64,000 nucleotides of DNA from Mytilus edulis (lineage: Eukaryota): positions 67,456,001-67,520,000 of the forward strand of contig NC_092347.1 in NCBI RefSeq assembly GCF_963676685.1, written 5' to 3'. Both the position numbers and the translations under genes were made by a program. How positions within the stretch are numbered: the stretch's first letter is position 1; every line of letters starts with the position of its first letter. The notes under the pieces are model-generated. The model saw only the letters and a list, made by a program, of their open reading frames with translations, was not told where the DNA came from and did not search any database. Shown piece by piece: positions 51,830 through 64,000 of this stretch.

Positions 51830-54370
51830 TTTGATGAGGTATTGTAGTTAGCGTGTTTACATATTTTCTGAAATCGATATTGACACAGAATTCAAAGGAA
51901 GTCATTATATCAAGTACGTAAATAGATACAAAAGTCCAAACAAGCAAATTTTTTTTCAGTTTAGATTCTTATTAAGAAAAAAAACACGTGAGGCTTATAC
52001 ATATCAATTTCAGCACAATCAGATTTCTGTCAACAAATTTGGAGACCATGATAAACTAATCATTTTGGGTATAAGGTAAAGGGTAATACAACACGTAGAA
52101 AAGTTTAAGGATTGCATTTATTTATTTTCTTATATTTCGCAAAGTGCAAGAAATAAACCACGTGGGGTGGATTTGTATTAACTTTGTCACAGTCAGTTTT
52201 TCTATCATCAACTCAAGAGATCATATCAAACAAGGTATTTATAAACGTGACTGAATAATTCCTTATATGAGTATTCCTAGAATAGAAAACTCTTTATATT
52301 GTCGTTATGTATTTTTATTAACATGTGCATTAATAATGCATAACTGAAATGTTCGACTAGTACTAAAGGGAACTTACGAGAAAGCAATGAAACGTACTTA
52401 TATTCTTTAGATCAAATGACCAAGTTGGCATATACTTGCACGAATGACTAAATAATTCATTAATTTTTAGATTTAATTATTAGCAGTTCTGTGAGTTGTT
52501 TTGTCACATCCGCTTTCTTTCCGACTGATCTTAAAAAGTGGGTAGACAAATATATGGAGGAATAGAAAATAAATGTATATTCATCTGTTGCATTAGAGGT
52601 CATATCATGTTGTTAGATCATCTATATTTGTTTTTGTAATTCAGCATTCGTTAACGTATGTCTATCTATGAAATCATGGATCGGTATAAATCGAAGTCGA
52701 AAGTATTCTACCAAAAGAAACAAAAAGGCAGAAAATGAAGAGTGAGAGAAAGAATTTTACGAGAAACCAGAAGACTAAATCTAGATGATCCGGAAGGGTG
52801 AGCATTTATGCTTCACCAGTGTTAGTTCCTAGTTGCTCCTGATACATCAGAGTTCATCTCATGTTGTAAGATCATCTATATTTTTAAAACAAATTGTAAT
52901 TCAGCATTCGTTAACGTTTGTCTATCTATGAAATCAAGGATCAGTATAAATTAAAGTCGAAAATATTCTACCAAAAGAAAAAAAGGCAGAAAATGAAGAG
53001 TGAGAGAAAGAATTTTACGAGAAATCAGAAGACTAAATCCAGATGCTACGGAAGGGTGAGCATTTATGCTGCACCAGTGGTTAGATTCTAGTTTCTCAAG
53101 TCAAGGTGGTTATGTGACATTGAACGTTTAACCGCATGATTATACCAATACGATCTATCCATGCTATCGTTAATATGACCTTTCGCACATAATAGAATTT
53201 CATCAAATTTATTCTAGGGGAGAGCAAGGTCTTCACTTAATACAAAAAGTATTTTTTTCATTTCATGCTCTATGCTTCTGAATTACCTTTGCGGAAGAAC
53301 GATCGTTCGTTAAAACGCTTCATCAACTAGAGCTGCTACTGAACTCCATAAGGTTCTATCTATGACATTATTTTCTTATATTACAAACTAAACTGAACAA
53401 TTAACCTTATGGTTTCATATTTGCATCTGGTATACGTTAACCTTCAATTATTACTGTTCTTCTGACAGGTGCATCCACAATCGCTGAGGTTCATTCAATC
53501 AGGCCTTTGAAGGATTAAAGTTACTGATTGATATAGAAATATTATCTTCCTTGAAGACAATAGCCTAGTTCCTTCTTTTCTTGTTTCTACTTTGATTTAA
53601 CTCTGAATAAAATCACCAGTCAGGATTACTACAAAATGTTCAATAGATCGTCCGAGAGAATACTGAATAACAATTTGAATGACTCTATTGCGAGAGAAAG
53701 TGACAGAAATGTCTAAGATTTCTTTGTATAAAAGCATGTCAAATATTGGTTTATATTCTTGAACCGGATGAAAATGCACAATTTATAGACCACTGAATCA
53801 CTGTAACAGGATCTATATTGTTTATTTCTTTGCATCGATTCCAATCACTGAATTATTTGTCTGGATTACTATATGAACTGTACATTGTAACGAATAGCCG
53901 GATTTCCTTTTTAGATAAGGACATAAGGACAGATGGCACAAACTAATACCGATTTGGACTAGCAAAATAGATTCATGATTTAGATCTTCTTTCATACATT
54001 ACCTATATCATCAAAAGCATTATGGTATAAACAAGAGCAAAGTCTTTAATTGTGTCATCGTTTAATTATGCTTTAGTGTTATATCGCATACTTGTGTTCA
54101 GTTTTGAATAATGGATACGATCAAAATCTTATATCTTTATAACGAGGACTGTAGCTATAGTCTTTATCAGTTTCTACTTATTTTTACTGGTCATCTTTGA
54201 TTTGTTTTTAATATTTAATTCACCAGATCACCTGTTCTATTTTGTAGTGAATTTGCATTCGTCTTCCGTTTTGCATGGGATAGTTAGCTTTGGATATTAA
54301 CGGATCCACTGGATCGCTGTCCCAGCTCAACAAGTGAATTTTGTATAGAAGGCTGGACTTAAAATGATAT
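51830..54370 (+). pseudogene. Decayed TLR-like pseudogene, copy 1B
   Basis: Paralogue of 15200-17480; FAHNRISS (~53182), FLEDNSL, IHDLDLL..INKSK, IHWIAVPAQQVNF (~54304, TIR box3-like). Confidence 0.45.
52595..53095. repeat. Local tandem duplication (~245-bp unit x2) in copy B only
   Basis: tgtaattcagcattcgttaacgt...ggaagggtgagcatttatgc occurs at ~52635 and ~52895. Confidence 0.8.
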
Positions 54371-55538
54371 CATATACCCTGTTATATGCTACTTTTACGA
54401 TACAGGTTCGTTCTGTCATTGTATATTTTAGTCGTTAAAATTTTGTTGGTGTACTTGCAGTGTTCTTTCTAGAATTTGTTGACAATGGACTGTGATTTCG
54501 GGATGTAAAAGCAGGGTTTTCTAGAAATCACACCAGTCACACCCTGTGGTCTCAATTCATTGTTATTTGTTAAATAATAGAAACCTGAAAGAATCGCACG
54601 AACTCCAAAACGAAGAGAGACGGGGTGTGTCGACATGATTTAAGTCTACTGCAGTTAATTTATTACGCGTAATGCAAACTAGTTTTTCCTTACTGGTGCA
54701 TAATACAGGACAACTAGATTTGGAATTTCCTCCACACACCCCATTCCCCCCAATAGTTATGTCCTTACTTATCTTAGTAATTTTATGTGTTTTCGGATGA
54801 TCATTAAAGTACCACTGGACCATGCCAAATATTTTTAATACGACGTACAATGACACATGTCGTAAAATACAGGTTCAGTCATATTATGATTATTGAAACA
54901 TTTATCTACATGAGTTGTCTCCCTTAGTTGCCTTTTAAATTAGAATTTTAAAGTTCTGGACGAAAATTAAAGAACCACTTCACCAATTTTCTACAAATAT
55001 GAAGACGATGCCATACACGGTCGCGAAACACGTGACTTGCTTGTGATCAGTTTCACGGGAAAATGGCGTCTGTCTGAATAAACAAGTTCGCTTGGAGGCA
55101 AATTGAACGTAAGTATTTACATATCATCGTATTCATACTATAGGACCCCCCTCATCATATGCAGCGTTTTGTTCCGAATATTTTGATGCCCATTAAGTTA
55201 TATTTCACTGTTGGTTTCATAGAGAACATTCACAGAATATTTCAGATCTGCCGAAGATTGATCAGGATTGTGTACACGATATGTCCGTAAAATCACTATA
55301 AATCCATTTATGTATCTTATTTTCGCCACTCGTGTACAGAAACTTGCCCACATTTACTTATTCATTCATACAAACTAGCGTCAGTGTATATTTTTGACAG
55401 TTTTGTCAGCTGAACGCAATAATATTTTTTTTTTCAAAAAATGATCAGTATCCACGGTATGAACATTATATGATCAGTTCCACGGTATGAATCTGAAAAT
55501 TATAGATCATTTCCCATAACTTTATATTTAGGTTTTAA

Positions 55539-55816
55539 ATGGATGCTGAGAAGGCAGAAAAGCTGTGTAAAATTTGTGGAAAGTCATTCCGGAGTATTTC
55601 AGCAGTGTATGATCACTCACCCGTCACCTCAAGATTCACGAGGAACACCCTGTAAAATTTAAATGTACAGTATGTGGTTTAGAGTTTAAGAAAGCACATG
55701 ATTGTGGTGATCACGAGGCTAGTCACAGGGGTGACAAACAGCATAGGTGCACATGTGGAAAGGCATACATCCACCACACAAACCTTTACAGACATAAGAG
55801 AAAATGTAATCATTGA
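55539..55816 (+). pseudogene. C2H2 zinc-finger gene, internally deleted and frameshifted at 55616
   Basis: MDAEKAEKLCKICGKSFRSISAVYDH / LTRHLKIHEEHPVKFKCTVCGLEFKKAHDCGDHEASHRGDKQHRCTCGKAYIHHTNLYRHKRKCNH*. Upstream donor (aac|gtaagt, ~55108), acceptor (55531) and AATAAA at ~55900. Confidence 0.75.
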
Positions 55817-55914
55817 CAATCAGGATTCATCTTGACTTTATTATTTATTTTACGTTTTGTACTTTGATCTCAAAGATGAGATACATACTGGTTTTGACAA
55901 ATAAAGATTTATTT

Positions 55915-56423
55915 CTATGAAAAATATTTATTCAATGCCCATTTTTTAACAGTTGGTAGAAGTTTGGCCTGGTTGCATCTAGCTTTTTCCCAACGAATTC
56001 CAAGTTCCCCTTTACATAGAGCATTTCTGTCAGTTGAAATTGTTGCCTCTCGCTTTCGTCCATTCAACCGTTTCCTCCCTGCAGAGTCGAATGTATGATT
56101 TCTGAAAATAAAGGAAAATACAAAGTGTACAAATTTATTCTACACTGGGGAAAACCTGGAGACCGTAATTCGATTCATGGTTAGCCGTAGGGCCATATGC
56201 ATATTAGAAATTGCAGTGAGGATGAAAATATTTTTCATAGACGAAAATCTTAGCACAAAATGTATCTTGCGTTACATGTGGAAACTACCATTGTCACATA
56301 TCAGTACCGAAACGTTCATTATACAAGTGCAAATTAACTAAATCTACCTGAATGCTATATCCAAAGGCAGTTCATTTACCAAACCTAGGCAAACCCTGCA
56401 GTTCACATGGTGAGTATCAATAT
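55915..56423 (-). other. Last two coding exons (56423-56348, 56101-55915) of an unrecognised gene convergent with the zinc-finger gene
   Basis: Canonical AG/GT sites with an in-frame join: IDTHHVNCRVCLGLVNELPLDIAF-R-NHTFDSAGRKRLNGRKREATISTDRNALCKGELGIRWEKARCNQAKLLPTVKKWALNKYFS*. Confidence 0.5.
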
Positions 56424-56500
56424 CTGTAAATGTCTCTTATGTTATTTTCAAAAATTTAGTGACAGTAATATGATAAGAATTCCATGAAATGAAAATTTAC

Positions 56501-56658
56501 CTGTGTCTTTTGATATTGGCTTTACTGAAAAAAACTTTCCTACAACACTTGTATGGCCCCTTCTTGGCATGCCTCCTTTCGTGATCATACACTGCTGAAA
56601 TACTCCGGAATGACTTTCCACAAATTTTACACAGCTTTTCTGCCTTCTCAGCATCCAT
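56501..56658 (-). CDS. First coding exon of the C2H2 zinc-finger gene in the right arm (partial)
   Basis: MDAEKAEKLCKICGKSFRSISAVYDHERRHAKKGPYKCCRKVFFSKANIKRH followed by a phase-2 donor (AG|GTAAAT). Confidence 0.65.
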
Positions 56659-58509
56659 TTAAAACCTAAATATAAAGTTATGGGAAATGATCTATAACTT
56701 TCAGATTCATACCGTGGAACTGATCATATAATGTTCATACCGTGGATACTGATCATTTTTTGAAAAAAAAATATTATTGCGTTCAGCTGACAAAACTGTC
56801 AAAAATATACACTGACGCTAAGTAAATGTGGGCAAGTTTCTGTACACGATTGGCGAAAATAAGATACATAAATGGATGTATAGTGATTTTACGGACATAT
56901 CGTGTACACAATCCTGATCAATCTTCGGCAGATCTGAAATATTCTGTGAATGTTCTCTATGAAACCAACAGTGAAATATAACTTAATGGGCATCAAAATA
57001 TTCGGAACAAAACGCTGCATATGATGAGGGGGGTCCTATAGTATGAATACGATGATATGTAAATACTTACGTTCAAAATTTGCCTCCAAGCGAACTTGTT
57101 TATTCAGACAGGCGCCATTTTTCCGTGAAACTGATCACAAGCAAGTCACGTGTTTCGCGACCGTGGATTATAAACAACATGTCAAATTCGATTTTGTTAA
57201 TTTTTACAATTGATGGTTAAGAGTATTGCCTTCATGTTTCTTCAAAAATACATTTTTTTTCCTAATTCCAAATAGTACTTTTTAAGTATGACTCGACAAC
57301 ACTTTGAACACAAAACATGGATTATGAAATAAATTCAAGTTCTATTTCGATATATACCGTTAAAACGATGTTCCCATTAGTTGCCTAACAATTTAAGATT
57401 GAAAGTACTTTTGATAAAAACTTTTAGATTTAAACACAATGTACGAAACAAATAATACAGGTCACATTCAATTTTATATTTATAAAAACTTGGATGATGT
57501 TAAAAAATCCTACAGTTTATTATTAAAACAGGCAAAGAGGAATCGCACGGGTTTTTTTTTAATAATTTAGAGAATACAGGAGTGTCGACAAGGCAAGAAT
57601 ATCCAGATATGCATACATCAACCGTCACACGATTACAAAGAAACGATTATCAAGTTATAATGTCAGAAGTGAGTTCAAAAATTGAATTAGTGTATCGATA
57701 ATTTCCAACAAGAAGTTCTTGTCATATCTTTGTTGGAGGAATCGTATTGTGTTGAAAATAAACCTCAGTAAAATGGCAATCCAAATAATTGACCCTAGCG
57801 AGAGCATATGTATATAGCAACAAAAAAACACCATTAGTTTGATAATATGATATATTTCTTTACAAGAATGGAAAGAAGGTGACAATACGAATTTTCAAAC
57901 GATTTCATTGTCATAGATGGCACCATTATGAAGAAGTGTGTGTAGATTTGAAGAAGTAATTCATGTGTATGTTTTATACTTCATTTAAAGTTCTTGGTAA
58001 TATTTCATTTGTTAGTATTTTAAAGCTGTAGACACTAGTAACCATTTTAACTGGTGAATTGGTCATTTTAAACTGAACAACTCTTAAATTCCTGAATTTA
58101 TCACAATGAAAAATGGTAAGATATTTTTCAGGTCTTCATAACATGTTCAGTGTATCGCGATCGATTAAGTACAAATCAGTTTTAGTTTAGGTTATTTAGA
58201 AATTATGCCAAGCGTTAAATCAAGTATTATCAAGTTCATTTTAGTACATTTCAGTTTATCAATATAATTGTTGGCTAGTACTCCTCATTGAATTAAAATA
58301 GTATGAGGTTTACTTCCCTAAGATAAGCATAGAAATCAAAATTTAAAAAAAGGAAAATAATAATGAAAAATAATAAATAAACAAATTATCATAAAGAGAC
58401 ATAATCGGCAACTGGTCTAGATTATAGATACACATTTTTATGCGTTGCATTTTGATAAATTGATAAAAATAACATAAAATATTTGTATAGAAATAGCAAA
58501 CCAAATGAA

Positions 58510-60400
58510 GTTCTTACAGTTATCCTTTAATGGTTACGCACATATGAGATATTGATGACTGTAAACAAGAGTAGCTTATTCGTAGATTAGAATGGTGAAA
58601 CATCCAGATGACTTTCAAAAATATCCACTATGATTTCGCACCATTGGTCTTCGACTTGATATTTATTTAAATGTCCGATTGAAGTAATGTTAGTAAATAT
58701 TTTGAAGGTATTTTTACGATACGATTCATAATTCTTACTTTAAAAGAGTGGAAAATCTATCGCCAATGACCAGTAATCAAACAGTCACCTAGAGTTCATC
58801 ACCTAAATCCGCGGTAATTTAAAAGCAAAAAAGTGCTGAGTTATGTGTTTATCACACATCCACGACTCGGAAATTAATTTTTATCTTGACACTCAATTTC
58901 TTATGAATTTCATTAAATCAGGCAGAAGATACATGGATATCAAAGAATCAACTACATTCAAGAAAAAATGAAAGGTCCAGTTTTAGGACAGTTGAAAAAA
59001 AATACGATGTTAAAATTGACAACAAATAAAGGCAACAGTAGTATATATACCGAGGGAAACACATTAAATACAAGAAAATGACGACACAACATAAAGATGT
59101 AACACATACAGAAACGGACTTAGCATTAGACAAAATCCGATGCGAATAACAAATATTACAAGAGTGATAATTGGTTTATCGATATGGCGGTTAAAAACAA
59201 CATCGTAATAACAAATATTTTGATATCTAAATAATTTCAAAGAAACTGTCAAGAAACAGCGTCATCCAGAAATAATTTTGAGATTGGCGAAGTAGAAGAA
59301 ATTAATTACAAAACGTATATTTTTCTGACGTATTCAAAAGTATTGCTTATTCTTTATTATATGGCAAAACCGGAGTCCATGTTTGTCAACGTTATGTTTT
59401 AATGACACAAAGAAAGTGTATATGCAGAGAGGATTTTGTATGTACGTTCTTGGAAGGAAACACCCAACCACAAAACAATCGATGAATTCAAATACACTCA
59501 TACATAGCAGTTTTTTTTAAAAAGTGAAATTTTACTATAGTTTTAACTGAATTTTGCTTCAACAATGGATCGATACCTCTACCGGTGGACTGAGACATTC
59601 AATTCCAAAGATATTCTGTCGATAAATTTAGTAAAACATCTAAAACAAGTAGACCTTAGATCGTTCAAGCCTATTCTAATAAGGCCCCTTTTTGTCATTC
59701 TGCATTTCAAATATTTAATCACTTGTTTGAATTGTTAGCAATCTTAAAGGAGGTAACAAATCAAAATCGCCATTGACGTATACCAAGTCATTTGAATTAA
59801 CAACATGGTTAATATGCGTGTTATTATGTTTCTCTGGTACTTTTAATGATTTAGTATAGTTCCATGACATGTCATTATTGCATAATGTTATTTATCGTAA
59901 TACAAATAGTAATATAGGTGAACAACAGAAACAGTAAGCAACCAGAACCAAACAAGGTAAATAAACCCATAAACAATTAAAATCAAAGTCATTAATTCGC
60001 ATTTATTTGCTTTTATGTTTCTTATTTTTAAATTGTCTCCTTTTAGTTAGAGTACTTTGTATCTTCTTGTTATCCTATGCCAGTAAACACAGATAGATAC
60101 GTGTATTTAATTTCTATATTATAAAGTCGGAAATTTTCTATGAACAACAGCATTAACCTAACCTCACATACACATAATCATATTTTTAACATATTTTATT
60201 AAGTTCTAGGACGGTCCATTTATGACTTTTGAACAGCGGTATACTCCTGTTGTCTTTATTTATTGCAAGTAATGCATCAGATACAATTTCTGTAACTGTG
60301 TTCATGTGTTCAAGGTGACAGAGGTGCTTAATTAAGCGAAGTACGTCTGTATTTCCTAGTTTGTAACTTTTCCCGGCTTCTTACATTTTATAAGAGATAC
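58510..60400 (+). pseudogene. Decayed TLR-like pseudogene, copy 2B (3' part lost)
   Basis: Paralogue of 17820-19870; GPVFRTVEK/GQLKK remnant at ~58975; homology ends near the MITE at 60432. Confidence 0.4.
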
Positions 60401-60431
60401 CATGGGTAAATAGAGTAGGACAGAAACTATA

Positions 60432-61481
60432 AAGGAGTAGGTCCGGTAATGGCCGATTATGGACTCCAATTTCAAGTTCATCTGACGAAAGATTGTGAAT
60501 ACTTTTTAAACACCTAAGTGTCTATTTCAGTTGATTCAATTAGTTTATGTTAAAGATTTTTCTTACTGATTTAGGCATTAAAATCGCTCCGCTTAAATAT
60601 GAAAAATCTATCAAAAATGCCAAAAAAATGTCACTTTTCAGATGTTTTTTTTTCAAAAAATTCAGCCACTGTCAATTTAGACTGAAACCGTCAAAAATTT
60701 AACTAAAATGCTAAAATTGTGAAGATTTCAGTAAGGAGAAGGTCCGGTAAGACCCCTTTTTGGCCCCAAAATATAGCAGTTTTACCAAATTGTTAAAATG
60801 TAAACTTTTAGTTATTTATTTGACAGTAGAATGCTTCTGCTACATAAATATGGGCTGTTTTTGACAATACAATGCACATATATCGAGTACTAGCACCACA
60901 AAGTCATGCTAAATTACTGAAATCTTCACAATTCTATCGTTTTAGTTAAATTTTAGACGGTTTTCGCTTAAAACGAAAGTGGCCGCATTCGTGTTCGTCC
61001 TTAATATTTGAATGAGAGTTGTATTTTATGATAATACATAACATATATAAAGGTTTAGGATGAACACGGATGCGGCCACTTTCATTTTTACAAAAACCAT
61101 CTAAAAAGTGACATTTTTTGGTAGATTTTTCATTTTGAGCTTGAATCGGATCGTTTTTAATGACTAAATCAGTTAAAATCTTTCTCAAAAACTAACTGAA
61201 TCAAATGAAATAGACACTTAAGTGTTTAAAAAGAGGTCAAAATCTTTCGTCAGATGAACCTGAAATTTGAGGCCAAAATCGGTCCCTACCGGACCTACTC
61301 CAAAAACAAGAGTTAGTGATGCTAGTACCCGATATATGTGTATTGTATTGTCAATAACAGCCAATATTTATGTAGCAAGTGCATTCTACTTTTCAATAAA
61401 TAACTAACAGTTTGCATTTTAAGAATTTTGTAAAACTGGTATAATTTGGGGTCAAAAGGGATCTTACTGAACCTATTCCTT
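60432..61481. mobile_element. Kolobok-like MITE with a second copy of the same family nested in opposite orientation (60734-61301)
   Basis: TIR core aggagtaggtccggtaa at 60432 and 60734, with reverse complements ending at 61301 and 61481; the inner sequence is the reverse complement of the outer halves. Confidence 0.75.
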
Positions 61482-63144
61482 TTTATATATTGTATTATAG
61501 AATAAAATCAGAAAAACAACATAACCCATTTATAAAAATGTATACATAAACTGTGCACACGAAAATAAAGTGTTAATTTATATGTAAAGTATTTAATTCA
61601 GGAATAAACGGATTGTATATCAATTGCTGTTTAGTGTTAACGATCACAATGGTTTGCAATTTATTCGAAGAATATTAATACTAGCATTGTGTCTGAAGTG
61701 AATAAGGGAAGTTGCGTTGAACCAAAACTTAAACTTGAATGCAGTTGCACATTTGGAACAACCTACATAATGTATACCATAAAACCATCGCTCACTACAC
61801 ATGTTTAAACACCTCACAAGTACATCAGCATGAAACAATTTTGTGCAGAGATTTTAGAAATCTTAACGACATTTAATTTTACATTTTTGCTTACTGTTTT
61901 TCTTCCTATGGGTTACTTGTAACAAGGAGCAGAAATACCATAAAAGAAAAAACTTTACAGTTATTCCTATAATGATCGAGGTTATGCTGTTTGTCCCTCA
62001 AACATGATGTCAGATAATAAATTAAAAAGCACACATTTAACTTTTCGTCGCCTCAATTAAACATAGCACGTGCCAACAAAGCTTATACATTTTTCATGTG
62101 TTAAAGGATGTCATTAAAAGATCTTATAAAATTAAAATAAAAGGTTTTTTTTCTTATTTTATCAACGATAGCTTTCGAACAGTTGTTATACATCATCTCA
62201 ATACTGAAGCACTGGCTTCTATCCTGATAGTTCACCGATGGTGGTATCGATAGTGTTAGAAAATGCACTCACACCTCCATGTCAAATATTCATATCTTTA
62301 AAATAGTCTTCTTATGTGTTCACTACTTGCCTGTTTCAGTTCTTGGCATATTGTAGAGAGCCACTTCTGCTGGGGAAGAACATATGCATATGTCTGCGTG
62401 ATTTGTCTTTTTTATTTTCAGCCATGGCGTTGTCAGTTTATTTTCGATTTATGAGTTTGACCGTCCCTCTGGTATCTTTCGTCCTTCTTTTTTGACATCT
62501 TATTGCCAACAGGGGATTATTTAACTTGCTTTATGGTTTAACATCGGTTCTTCCTTGTAAATAATATACTATTATTTAGATAATTAAAAAATAGGTTAAA
62601 CTATACATCAAAATACAGTAACCAATAAAAATTAATGTTGTAACCTGACACACATCGTAATAGTTCATTGTATTTTAATGATAAATCTTCGTTCAACTAG
62701 TTTTGTGTTCATCTACTGGGATTTATGGTAACACGTACAGTCAATACGACCTCCAGTTTAAGAAGGAAGCAGATGCTGAAAAACAAGATTTTGTCTTCGT
62801 TTCCATTAACTCAAAGAAGACAATTTTTTTTCCAAAACCCCTAAAGGAAACAAAACTAATACTGCTAATAAAGTTATCTAAAGATTAAGTTATGGTGGAA
62901 TAAAAAAGTGTTTCAAATATGTTTAAACGACAACTCTTCTCAAACACTTAAGCAACAACAGGTAAATAAAAAGGTATAGATAATTTATCTAGATTTTCTT
63001 TCTTAAACAATCAAATAGCCTCGCAACACTGATAAAACTAAAATAAAGATAGAAATACAGTAGTACAAAGTAGAAATTAACAATAGAGGCTCACAGGAAC
63101 TTGAACTGCTTATTCTGCAAACTATTTGGTAAAAGAACGCAATA

Positions 63145-64000
63145 AAGCTCGTAACAAGGCCAGACATACGGGGGTGGACATTATTATTTATTATACAAAG
63201 AAAAAAAAAGGAATGTAGAAATACTATTAAATTAGCACAGCAACAATATTGGGAAACCTTTTGCAGTGGCTTGAATAATAATAATAATATAGGGCAAGTA
63301 TGGAATACAATTAAGAGACTGATGGGTAAAACAATTAATTCTCTAATTATGCCTACTTTACCTTGCCTGATTTACAAAAATAAAATATATGAATCTACTA
63401 AAGAAAAGGCTAATATATTAGCTGAAGCATTTGCCAATGTCTGTGGTTCAATGAGCTATTCAGAAGCATTTATATTACATAAAGAACATATTGAGTCTTT
63501 AGAAGCTGAAAACTTGAAACAATATTTTTCTGAAAACTCCCAAAGTTATAATGAACCATTTACCCTTAATGAATTGCATGTTGCTATTGCTGATACATCA
63601 GGTACATCTCCTGGTAAAGATAAGGTTACCTATAGTATGTTTAAAAACTTCAGTGATTAATCACTTGGTGTACATCATTTATTATATAACAGAATTTGGT
63701 TCTCACAAGATATTCCTCTGGCTTGGAAACATTCAATAATAATTCCAAGCCTTAAACAGGGGAAAGATTCAAGTGACCCACATGCATATAGACAAATAGC
63801 TTTAACATCTAATCTAAAAAATTATGGACAATATGATAAATAACAGACTGAGGTGGTACCTTGAAAAAAATTATATTTACTCACCTTATCAGAGTGGATT
63901 TCGTCAAAAAAGAAGTACGATAGAACAAATAATTAGACTTGATAACGATATACAAAAATCATTTTTGGAAAAATATTTAGTTGGAGTTTTCATTGACTTC
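63145..64000 (+). mobile_element. Decayed non-LTR retrotransposon RT fragment (I/Nimb/Jockey-like), running off the window
   Basis: EKANILAEAFA, NEPFTLNEL, SPGKDKVTYSMFK, YRQIALTS, QSGFRQKRST, VGVFIDF, with stops and frameshifts. Confidence 0.8.

Larger units (their letters stand above)
55016..57165. mobile_element. 2150-bp element with ~600-bp near-perfect inverted arms (55016-55616 / 56581-57165) and CACGG...CCGTG termini, carrying C2H2 zinc-finger exons
   Basis: Arms are reverse complements apart from a few substitutions and one ~17-bp indel. CAC..GTG ends resemble CMC/Transib-type DNA transposons. No TSD seen; absent from copy A. Confidence 0.85.
43300..63140. repeat. Segmental duplication, copy B
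   Basis: Same blocks as copy A; the copies differ by copy-specific insertions and local tandem duplications. Confidence 0.9.

Noticed and set aside
56448-56654. Listed 68-aa ORF MLRRQKSCVKF...
   Set aside because: Wrong frame; the meaningful reading starts at ATG 56658 and encodes a C2H2 finger.
55016-57165. ProtoRAG/RAG-like transposon (CAC termini, convergent genes)
   Set aside because: No RAG1-like or RAG2-like sequence, no 5-bp TSD and no recognisable nonamer; the cargo is C2H2 fingers.

Overview
AT-rich, intron-containing animal DNA. The gene content and repeat types suggest a bivalve mollusc, probably Mytilus (inference). The window is an immune-gene neighbourhood. It has two apparently intact genes, both on the minus strand: a spliced 3xIg-TM receptor with an ITIM-like tail (24530-31231, signal exon not found) and an intronless RING-less B-box/coiled-coil/NHL TRIM-like gene (40471-42156). 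An old, diverged segmental duplication (~0.6-23.8 kb vs ~43.3-63.1 kb) carries the probable TRIM 5'-UTR exon and two heavily decayed Toll-like-receptor-like pseudogenes per copy. Mobile elements include a frameshifted L1/Tx1 ORF2, Penelope and other LINE fragments, a Gypsy-like remnant, and several MITEs, SINEs and Helentron-like repeats. Two elements stand out. (1) ~350-bp tandem repeats that each carry a complete minimal type I hammerhead ribozyme (retrozyme-like, predicted circular RNA); all insertions share one 3' end 39 nt past the cleavage site, and each monomer has a second structured domain. (2) A 2.15-kb CACGG...CCGTG element whose ~600-bp inverted arms each contain the 5' exons of a C2H2 zinc-finger gene, facing the tail of an unrecognised second gene. 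All alignments, splice sites and RNA folds were done by eye, so repeat boundaries are approximate.
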